NCBI RefSeq assembly: GCF_006345805.1
Contig: NC_043005.1
Location: 68,014,001-68,078,000 of the forward strand
Reading direction: 5' to 3'
From: Octopus sinensis
Lineage: Eukaryota
DNA: 64,000 nt
Numbering within the stretch: position 1 is the stretch's first letter; every line of letters starts with the position of its first letter. The notes below the pieces were generated by a model. It did no database searches. It was not told the DNA's origin and saw nothing but the letters and a program-made list of their open reading frames with translations. A program made the translations under genes and the position numbers. Shown one piece after another: positions 53,962-64,000 of this stretch.

Positions 53962-54072
53962 CCTATACCATACTGGCTGTATCGACTTCATGGCCTGAAT
54001 ATCAGTTATACATGTGAGATCTGTGGTAACTTCACATACAGAGGACCAAAAGCTTTCCAGAGGCATTTTGCA
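53962..54072 (+). CDS. SF3A3: SF3A3 exon, 111 nt: [37 protein letters not shown] (first three ligands of the matrin-type C2H2 zinc finger)
   Basis: cctcag| ... |gtaagt; CxxC...H motif, last His expected in the next exon. Confidence 0.98.
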
Positions 54073-54803
54073 GTAAGTATTTCAATTTACTTCCCATACA
54101 ATCATGAAATATCTTTTACAGTACTTATGTTCCTTTATCTCTCTTTGTTTTTCCCTATCTATTTTCTCTTGTTGGTTTCCTTATTCTTTTTTTTGTTGAA
54201 ATATATATATATATATTGGTACATGAAAAACTTAATCTTGAGACATTCTTATTAACATGGAATTCACACGCTTCATTGTAAACTTTAAGACTTTGCTCAC
54301 ACTAAAGGTGTGATGGCCTCATTAATTTCCCTGCTTGAAATTATAGCTAGGTCTTAATAACCTTGCTGTAAGTTTATAGTTAGGTCATCAAGATCTAGCT
54401 ATAAGCACTTGTTGAAACTATGTAACCCACGACAGAGCTCAATTAATTCACTCTTACGAAGCTGTTTGTTTAGTTTAACTCTGTGATTACGTTTATCAAT
54501 GCTATATGTTCTGTCTCGTAATTATAACCTTTAAATTACATTAAAGCATGACTAAGCATATATTTTGATATCACTTTCTCTATCTGAAGCACTTTGTTCT
54601 GTTTCTTAATTCATGCCATATATCACCGAAAAGAATCTGATTGGAGCTACCCAGCAACACTATTGCTTTTATCATTGCCATCATTGTCATCGTCATCACT
54701 ATCATCATCATCGTCATCATCATCATTATTCTTGCTCTCACAGCTATGTTGAGCCGTCTCTTCGGATTCATATTAACTACTATGTTTAGTTATTTTCCCC
54801 CAG

Positions 54804-54886
54804 AACATAAGCCGTATCTTTCCTGAAATAGTTGATTTGCTGTTATTCAAGAGAAATGTTCAGTCTCATTCTTCTTGGAGAGACAG
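54804..54886 (+). other. candidate frameshifting cassette exon A (83 nt) in SF3A3
   Basis: ttattttcccccag| ... CAG|gtatag; TTAAC at 54773; open in phase 0 (NISRIFPEIVDLLLFKRNVQSHSSWRD). Confidence 0.45.
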
Positions 54887-57800
54887 GTATAGCGCCTTCC
54901 TCTAAACCAATGGTTTTCTATCTTTTATAACTCTTCGTTTTATTGAATGTCTGTGGTTGAATTATCCATATTTTTTAATGTTTTTATGCTACTGTAGCCA
55001 TCATGAGCCTTGCCTCTTTTTTAGATATTTGCTTGGACTAGTGCCCTCTGTGTAAATTCTTTTAGAAAAATTACTAAAGAAGGTGAAGGCTTGAATATAA
55101 GACCTTGGAACTTAACTGTTATGTTTCTGCTCACTAATAACACAATATCTTATTTATACATTGATTTTTTTTTCTTCTAAAAATGTGTTTGATATATCAG
55201 TATTGTTCCTGGTTTAAATATTTTATTTCTAAAGAAAATCACAACCCCTCCAAATAGCTTGTGACCATTTGACATTTGCCCTTCTCTTGTGAGCTCACAA
55301 TGTCCCAAACCCAAAGAGGTACTGTCACACAGGTTAAGAGTCACTGCTCTAAACCAATTGAAAAAAAGGAAAAAAAAAAAAAAAAAAGAAAAGAAAAACG
55401 AAATGGAAACAAGCAATATTTACATAATCTCAATATATAAAATAAAATAACAGACAGTAGAGATTACAACAGACAGGAAATTAATGTTTCCAGTCAATGA
55501 ATGGTCTCATATATTCTCAGAAGATTGGAGGAAGGGCTTTGAAATTAATGATAATTACGTGAATTGTTCGAAGTGGTGGAGCACAGTAAAATTATTGACA
55601 CTCATTTATTATATAACCAATGACTTACCGACATCTTGAGACAGTTAAATTAGAAACTACATACACACAAATACACACACACACACACACATAACGCATA
55701 CACTCACAGATGAATAATCACTGTGATACCTTGGTGTAGACCTTATTCTCTAGTTTATGTCTCAGCATTTTATTCTTTTTAATTCCTGGCATAATTGACA
55801 AAACATTGACAACTGAATTTAGCCAAATATGAAGTATGAGTCTGTTTCTGCTTCCAAAATCTTTCTGTGATAAATATATAAAGTAGCACTCAATAACTGG
55901 CATTGGTTTAATCTACTGTTTCTCTTTTCCTGCCCTGTATCTATGTCAGGCATAATAAAAGGCCAGTGGATTGGCAGAATTGTTAGACCATCAGAATGTA
56001 AAGCATTAGTACTTTCTTCTGACCCTTTGTGTTATGATAAATATTTAATCCTTTAGCATTTAAACCAACCGTAACAGGTTCAGATATTTCATGGCATTGG
56101 TTTAATCTACTGTTTCTCTTTTCCTGCGTTTCATGTGTTTTATGTTTAGACTGGCTAGATCCAGCCTCTTACATCTACCTTCCAATATCATTCTATGATA
56201 AGACAATCTTGTCACTGAAATCTCAAAGCTGTGAGATAATGCATGATTAATTCAAAGCAATGTGAATATATAAATATTATATTTGACAGCAGTCAGATTG
56301 CTAAAGGATTAAATTAGTTTTTTTATAGATGTCTTATAAAATTTGGTTTTATCATTTTACATTTCTGAATTCTAAATCAGTTCAGATCAAATTTGCCAAT
56401 CATCTCTTCTATATTACTACTGCAAGTTTAAAGCAATGAGCTGGTAGAATCGTTAGTATACCAGGCAAAATACTTAGCGACATTTTGTCCAGCCTTATGT
56501 TTTAAGTTCAATTTCCTCTGAAGTAGACTTTTGAGGTCGATAAAATAAGTACCAGTTGAATACTGGTGTTGATGTAACCAGCTTGCATGCTCTCCCAAAA
56601 TTGCTGGCTTTGTTCCAAAATTTGAAACCAATATTATTGATGCAAGTACCAGGCATGTAGAGGGTTCAGTTCAACCAAGTATATCAATCCACTACATTTT
56701 GTAGCACTGTACGAATGGAAGAAAATGTTATCATTAACAATAGTAAGAGCATTGTATTTTGCCTGAAGCATTGTAATAGTGAAGAATGTAAAAAGAGAGA
56801 AAAAATAGACAACTTCTGACATAAACGCTAGGGAATTTGAATGGGTTAACGGAACCTACATAACCTGGCTTTTGTTAGACTGTTCTTTTCTTTTGTTGAT
56901 GGGCCTTTGAGTCTGAAATATAATGATTTTTATCAAACTTTCTGCATTGTCAGAAACTATTTGCTCTCTTTTTACATTAACAAGAATGTTTTCCTACTTA
57001 TTATCACCACTATAATAATAATATTCTATTTGTTTGTTCTTACTTGGTGTGTCTGAAAGATGGGGCAGAGTCCCTGACCACTAAGTAAATAATATGGTGG
57101 AAGCACTCCATCAGTTACGACGATGAAGGTTCCGGTTGATCCGATCAACGGAACAGCCTGCTCGTGAAATTAACGTGTAAGTGGCTGAGCACTCCGCAGA
57201 CACGTGTACCCTTAACGTAGTTCTCGGGGATATTCAGCGTGACACAGAGAGTGACAAGGCCGGCCCTTTGAAATACAGGTACAACAGAAACAGGAAGTAA
57301 GAGTGAGAGAAAGTTGTGGTGAAAGAGTTCAGCAGGGATCACCACCATCCCTGCCGGAGCCTCGTGGAGCTTTAGGTGTTTTCACTCAATAAACACTCAC
57401 AACGCCCGGTCTGGGAATCGAAACCGCGATCCTACGACCGCGAGTCCGCTGCCCTAACCACTGGGCCATTGCGCCTCCTGTATTAAATAATATATGAGCA
57501 ACATTGCATGAATCAGGACTAAACTGTATCTAAATATCAGAAAGCCTAGCTGTGATTGAAATAAGAATGCAAACATATTCTGTTGACCAGTTTAACCCTT
57601 TAGCTTTCAGATTACTCTGGCAATGCCATGTTTATTTACTCACATTGCTTTGAATTAATCATGCATTATCTTGAACATTGAGATTTCCATGGTATGATTG
57701 TTTATTTCTAGGATGACATTGTTGGGTACGTGTGAGAGGCTGAATGTAGCCAGTCTAAGCATAAAACAGGTAGAATATTTGAGCTGGATGCAGCTGGTTT

Positions 57801-58787
57801 AACTCTTTAACATTCAGATTACTCTGTCAAATGTAATGCTTATTTGTTCACATTCATCACCATCATCATTTAACGTCTATTGTCCATGCTGGCATGGGTT
57901 GGACGGTGTGACTAGGCTGACACGCTGGAAGGCTGCACCAGACTCCAGTCTCATTTGGCATGGTTTTCTACTGCTGGATGCCCTTCCTAATGCCAACCAT
58001 TCTGAGAGTATAATGGGTGCTTTTATGTACCTATTTCTTTACTATCCACCAGGGGCTAAACACAGTGGGGACAAACGGATTAAGTCGATTATATCGACCC
58101 CAGTGCATAACTGGTACTTAATTTATCGACCCCGAAAGGATGAAAGGCAAAGTCGACCTCGGCGGAATTTGAACTCAGAACGTAACGGCAGACGAAATAT
58201 GACTACGCATTTCGCCGGGCGTGCTAATGTTTCTGCCAGCTCGCCGCCTTTTACATACCACTGGCACTGGTGCCATTTGCCTGACACCAGCATGCGTTTA
58301 TGTGCCACTTGTCCGGATGCCAATTTGCATGACACCTGTATTTGTCATGACTGCAATTTTGCTTGGCTTGATGGGTCATCTTCTCAAACATGACATAATG
58401 CTAAAAGTCTTGGTCATTACCCCCGTGAGGCCCACCGCTAGAATAAATCATGAATTATCTTGTAACTTCATGATTTCAGCAGTGTTGTAGTTTATTCTTA
58501 TAATGACATTCTCGAGTAGCTGTGAGGGGCCAGAATTGGCCAGTTTGAGCATAAAGCAAGTAGAATATTTTGACCAGATTTGGCTGGTTGAAATGCTAAA
58601 AGTTAAAATGCAAAAGGGTTAAAGTCACTACCTTATGCTTGGCTGTTTTTCGGTAAATCTATTCTGTTGGTAGTATTTGGACCAGGGCTCCAGTTTGAGG
58701 ATAGCTTGATTTCGTAATTCACTGCTTCCTTCTGCAATAACCTGAATTGTGTTTCCTAACTCCCCCCCCCCCTCTCTCTTCAAGCAG

Positions 58788-58838
58788 TCTTGGAGACACT
58801 ACAAAGGTTGGTGTCATAGCCCTTCTACAGCTCTGTAG
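58788..58838 (+). other. candidate truncating or poison exon B in SF3A3: SWRHYKGWCHSPSTAL*
   Basis: CTAAC branch point 58756-58760, C/T tract, AAGCAG acceptor; in-phase WRHxxG matches the expected EWRHAHG. Confidence 0.6.
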
Positions 58839-59222
58839 ACCATAAAAAGAAACTAAGAAAGGTCAAATTTTAATGGTGTGAAAGTACATTTTTTTTTTAT
58901 TTGTGGAAAGAGTTGTTGCAAATGAAGAAGGTTCTTTCTCCCCACCCCCTCCATCCATCCCTCCCTCTCTCCTCTCTCCTTCCTCCCTCCCCCCCTCTCT
59001 TTCACATATGCATGTAAGCATCGATTCATACATGCAATGCCTAAGCTATTCTGGAGTAAAAGAAAAATGATCATATTTGAAGCAATTGCCAGTTTCTGAC
59101 AAAACATGCTGCATGTGCAGAAACAGAAATGGGAAATGAAAATACAAAATACAATATAATATATATATATTATATCATCATCATCATCATCGTTTAACGT
59201 CCGATGATGATGATGATGATGA

Positions 59223-59263
<41 letters not shown>

Positions 59264-59568
59264 TGTATTTTGTATTTTCATAGAGAGAGAGAGAGTCATC
59301 GAAAGTAGCATCTGCTGAAATAGTAGATACTTGTTTGCTTTATGTGATTTCTTGTTATATAAATTTGTTAAAAATGATTGTGGAGTGTGTTCGTGTTTGT
59401 ATGCTTGTTTGTGTGTGTTTGTTTATTGTTTGGTATTGTAGCTGGTGTTTTTTTTTTTTTTTTTTTTTTTACAGTTATGTGTATTTTGAGTTAGATTTGT
59501 TCTATGGGAAATTTTTTATTTTTTTGTCATAAATTTATAATATATGTAAAGCATGTGTACATACAAAA

Positions 59569-59610
<42 letters not shown>

Positions 59611-59984
59611 TGTGTCTTGCAAATATAATGAGTATACTTGTTTCATGTAAAAGCATTGCGATAGAGAACATGGCATAATATTAAATGAACTCAGGTTTTT
59701 GTTATTGACATGAATTCATTTCATGTGTTTATCTAGCTCTTTGCTAAGATGCTTTACAAAAAGAAAAAAAAAAAAAAAAGGAAGAAGTATGCTCCTCCTT
59801 ATATATTTCTGAGATATTTCTATTATTTCATTTTCGTTTGAATTCTGTTTGTAAAGTTATTTTACATTCTGAGATTGTTACAAAATTCTTCATATATATA
59901 TATATATATATTCAGGTCCTTCATTATCTTCCACTGCCTGTCATCTTTTACCAGTTTTGTTTCTAAGCTGATATATTCTGTTAA

Positions 59985-60205
59985 CCCTTTAGTGTTCGCA
60001 TTATTCTGCCAAAATTAATGCTTTTTCATCCACATTGTTTTGAACTAATCATGCATCATCTTGTAGCTATGAGATTCTGATGAGGTAGCTGTTAATTTTT
60101 AAAACGATATTGTAGGATTGGTGTGAGAGACCAGATCTGGCCAGTTTGAACATAAAACAGGCAGAATACTTTTGGCCGGATATGGCCGGTTTAAATGCTA
60201 AAGGG
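59985..60205. mobile_element. piggyBac-like MITE (abundant family)
   Basis: TTAA|CCCTTTAG ... CTAAAGGG|TTAA; other copies 61235-61454, 44702-44900, 56049-56308, partial ones near 175-345, 895-1124, 57596-57800, 58440-58620. Confidence 0.8.
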
Positions 60206-60451
60206 TTAAACTTCCCTTTTTATCTTGCTAATGGCTAATGATTGAATCACACCAGTTATTTTAATGCTGCAAGTGCTGAGAGTATTACCTTTGTGTTCAG
60301 AGAAGATATATATATATGTGTATGTATGTATGTATACAAAATTAAGAGCAATGACCACTAAAGTGGACACTCCATATGCTAATCATACGTCAAATCTGTA
60401 GTTAATAAATTACAACAGCCAATTTACTGGTTGGAGAACATTTTTTTATGT

Positions 60452-60850
60452 AGCGCAGGAGTGGCTGTGTGGTAAGTAGCGTGTTTACCAACCACATGGT
60501 TCCGGGTTCAGTCCCACTGCGTGGCACATTAGGCAAGTGTCTTCTACTATAGCCTCGGGCCGACCAAAGCCTTGTGAGTGGATTTGGTAGACAGAAACTG
60601 AAAGAAGCCCGTCGTATATATGTATATATATATATGCATGTGTGTGTTTGTGTGTCTGTGTTTGTCCCCCTAGCATTGTTTGACAACCGATGCTGGTGTG
60701 TTTACGTCCCCGTCACTTAGCGGTTCGGCAAAAGAGACCGATAGAATAAGTACTGGGCTTACAAAAGAATAAGTCCCGGGGTTGATTTGCTTGATTAAAG
60801 TCGGTGCTCCAGCATGGCCGCAGTCAAATGACTGAAACAAGTAAAAGAAT
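60452..60850 (+). mobile_element. tRNA-derived SINE family A
   Basis: full-length copy. Confidence 0.9.
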
Positions 60851-60958
60851 AAGGGTAGAAATTGATATTAATCAATTAAAACCAGTAGCTTAGCATATTC
60901 AAAAAATAAATATGCTTAGCCACTGGTTTTAATTGATTAATTTCAATTTCTACCCTTA
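60850..60958. repeat. 109-bp near-perfect palindrome, TA at both ends
   Basis: about 50-bp arms with 3 mismatches. Confidence 0.92.
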
Positions 60959-61714
60959 TGTTGTTTCCTCTGTAGTGTTGTTTTGCATTTATAATAAAAT
61001 AAATACATACAAATTATAAAGGTAATAAAAAAAAATACGAGGGATTACTGTATATTCATTTAACATATGATAACATTTTATTTCTTGGTGTTGATCATTT
61101 AGCTAGAATTGCATGCATGCACACACACACAAACACACACCTTTTTACAAGGAAAAAGTTGACAGTGGCTGGTCAGCTTCCTGAAGTTGGTGTTGCAGAT
61201 CAATAAGTTATTTGCCCAATAGGGTGGCTTTTAACCCTTTAGCATTCAGGTTATTCTGTCAAATGTAAAGCTTATGTATTCACACCATGTAAAATTAATC
61301 TTGCATCATTTCATGGCTTTGAGATTTCAATGATGTGATTGTTTATTTTTAAAATGACACAATAAGATAGCTATGAATGACCATATCTGACTAGTTTGAA
61401 CATAAAATAGGTAGAATATTTTGGCCGGATATGGCCGGTTTAAACACTAAAGGGTTAAGCTAATTCCTGTGGAGGGTTCTTCATTGGGCCTTGAGCCCAG
61501 CAATGACACTTCATGCAATGAATACATGTTAAATTTTTATTAAACTTGACCAATATTTATCAAGCAATGAACAATTTTCATCAAAACAATCATATAATAT
61601 GTCGACTTGGAACCTATTGCAGAGCTTCATGATAAACAACATTTTTTTGACTTCCCATTCAGGGATCAGTAGAATTTTTTTTCTGTCTGACCTCTTTCTT
61701 TCTCTCTCTCCGCC

Positions 61715-62085
61715 TCTTTTACTCTTTTACTTGTTTCAGTCATTTGACTGTGGCCATGCTGGAGCACCGCCTTTAGTCGAGCAAATCGACCCCAGGACTT
61801 ATTCTTCGTAAGCCTAGTACTTATTCTATCGGTCTCTTTCGCTGAACCACTAAGTTACGGGGATATAAACACACCAGCATCGGTTGTCAAGCAATGTTGT
61901 GGGGGGACAAACATATACACACATGGGCTTCTTTCAGTTTCTATCTACCAAATCCACTCACAAGACTTTGGTCGGCCTGAGGCTATAGTAGAAGACACTT
62001 GCCCAAGGTGCCATGCAGTGGGACTGAACTCGGAACCATGTGGTTGGTAAGCAAGCTACTTACCACACAGCCACTCCTACGCCTC
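61715..62085 (-). mobile_element. tRNA-derived SINE family A, inverted relative to 60452-60850
   Basis: full-length copy on - strand. Confidence 0.9.
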
Positions 62086-62652
62086 TGTTGATTGTTTTCA
62101 ATGGTCACCATCACCAACACCACAACTGAAATGCATACACCAGTCAGACTTCTCATGCACCACCATCAATACCTTTGACTTTGCCGCCTCCCCCTCCATC
62201 ACCATTACCTCTGTCTTTCACATTGCTTACTATCACTGTTGTCCCTGACTGCTTCAGCTGCCACAACCATCATCACTGTTGCCTCTGCCTCTATCACAAC
62301 TACAGCTCATACTATTACTATCACCCCATTACCATCACAACCGTCAATCTACTATCATCTCTATGCCTACTATTACTCTTACCCCAACATGAGCAATAGT
62401 AGGAGTGGCAATGAATAGTGAGAGAGAGGGTCGAAGTGTGACACACTGACACACAAATGTTCACATTTATTATATTTGATATACATGCACACACACATCT
62501 GTATATGTATATATGCACAATCATACACACTCACAAGTATGTTTATATACTTTCATACCTATATATATATATATATATCATCATCATCATCGTTTAACGT
62601 GATGATGATGATGATGATGATGATCTACATATATATATATATATATATACTT

Positions 62653-62689
<37 letters not shown>

Positions 62690-64000
62690 CGTGCGCATAC
62701 ACATACACACATACATATGTACTTCTATTTATCTTATCACTAAAGTTTTTTCAACCTAGACAAAGTTTTTTTTTTTTATAAGTAGAAGTTGAAATAGTCA
62801 TAGTAATAAGATTATAAAAAAAAAATATACATATATATATATATCAAATTCTACATTAGTATTATTGTATTGAGTACAAAATTGTAAAGAAGGCTGCTTT
62901 GTTAAACTGAATTCATTAAAGAGACAAGAAAAATTATACACATACACACATGTACACAGAGATGCATACATATACTTATACACCTGTATGTGTCAGCATA
63001 TATATATAGGTATTTAAATGTACTTATCTAAGTGTTTGTCTATGTTTACATTATAAATGTTCTCTTTATATTTTCTTTATATGTATAGTAGTGAGAATGT
63101 TTGTTTGCTTCAGTTGAGAACAACTCAATTGCTTCTAGTTTCATGAACATATCTTTTCTTTCATTGTTCCTGAAAGTGGTTTGAAATGTTCCATTTTCTT
63201 TATTTACGTTGCTAAATCTATGTGAATTTAATGTATGTGCGTGTCTCTGTGTCTATCTGTCTGTCTGTCTCTGCACATGTTTTTATATTTAAAATTTTCC
63301 TTCTGTATTGGCTGTTATGACTTAGTAACGCAAGGCAGAGAGCTGGCAGAATTATTAGAGTGTTGGAAGAAACGCCTAGTGAAATACTTTCCAGCTATGT
63401 TGTGAGTTCAAATCATCTTGGAGTCAACTTTGCTTCTTATCCTTTCTTGGTTCCCTAAAATAAAATACAAATTAAGCACTAGGGTTAGTGGTATTGATGA
63501 ACCCACCTCCCCTCAGAATTACTGGTAATTTTTTACGTATCTCCAGGACCCCTGGACTGGAGATACGTAAAAAGCACTATCCAAATCGTGGCCGATGCCA
63601 GCGTTGCCTCGACTGGCTTCCATGTTGGTGGCACGTAAAAAGCACCATCTGAATCGTGACCGAAGCCAGTGCTGCCTCGACTGGCTTCCGTGCCGGTGGC
63701 ACATAAAATGCACCAATCCGACCGTGGCCAATGCCAGCCTTGCCTGGCACCAGTGCAGGTGGTACGTAAAAAGCACCCACTACACTCACGGAGTGGTTGG
63801 CATTAGGAAGGGCATCCAGCTGTAGAAACATTGCCAGATAAGACCGGAGCCTGGTGCAGCCTTCTGGCTTCCCAGATCCCCGGTCGAACCATCCAACCCA
63901 TGCTAGCATGGAGAACGGACGTTAAACGATGATGATGATGATGATGATGTGTCTAAATCTGAAAGCATTAATACTGAGTTTTTCTAATTTACTGATACCT

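Larger units (their letters stand above)
1305..54072 (+). other. SF3A3: SF3A3 gene span (13 internal coding exons; 5' and 3' ends not found in window)
   Basis: All 13 exons have AG/GT boundaries and compatible phases; the joined 1188 nt give 396 codons without a stop, containing [60 protein letters not shown] and [20 protein letters not shown], which are SF3a60/Prp9 hallmarks. Confidence 0.98.

Noticed and set aside
54804-54886. Exon A peptide as a duplicate of the zinc finger (NIS..EI..QxH..WR)
   Set aside because: It needs three gaps, and a rough hand BLOSUM62 score is near zero, so homology is unsupported
54804-54888. H/ACA snoRNA (hairpin, AGAGAA, hairpin, ACA+3 nt)
   Set aside because: The second hairpin is only about 25 nt, the H box overlaps the first stem, and total length is too short for a canonical H/ACA RNA
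1536-63909. Remaining ORF-track entries (YIYI, HTHT, CVCV, LQLDALPNANH, VQSHC types)
   Set aside because: They derive from microsatellites, SINEs and RTE tails and recur at every repeat copy

Overview
Eukaryotic, AT-rich, repeat-dense genomic DNA, most likely from an octopus or other coleoid cephalopod (inferred from its tRNA-derived SINEs, RTE LINEs with (GAT)n tails and abundant microsatellites). The whole window lies inside one + strand gene, SF3A3 (SAP61/Prp9, U2 snRNP SF3a subunit 3). Thirteen GT-AG coding exons (1305-54072) splice into one open frame of 396 codons. The first exon and the final exon(s) (expected EWRHAHGMRC...) were not found and presumably lie outside the window. Introns contain SINEs, RTE/CR1 LINE fragments, a decayed Ty3/Gypsy element, a maT-type transposase relic, Helitron/HINE elements and several MITE families. 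Best leads: (1) a strong in-phase splice acceptor in the last intron (58788) followed by SWRHYKG...stop, which mirrors the start of the missing next exon and would complete the zinc finger before terminating, plus a frameshifting 83-nt cassette candidate (54804-54886) in the same intron and a possible decayed duplicate of the TLEQR exon (36664), together suggesting regulation of SF3A3 by poison or truncating exons; (2) a U6 snRNA-SINE chimeric retrocopy within one target-site duplication (18943-19494); (3) fold-back inversions centred on aborted RTE 3' tails (59136-59281, 62579-62624); (4) a minimal Penelope-type hammerhead motif. All alignments and folds were done by eye, and human SF3A3 comparisons are from recall, not a search.
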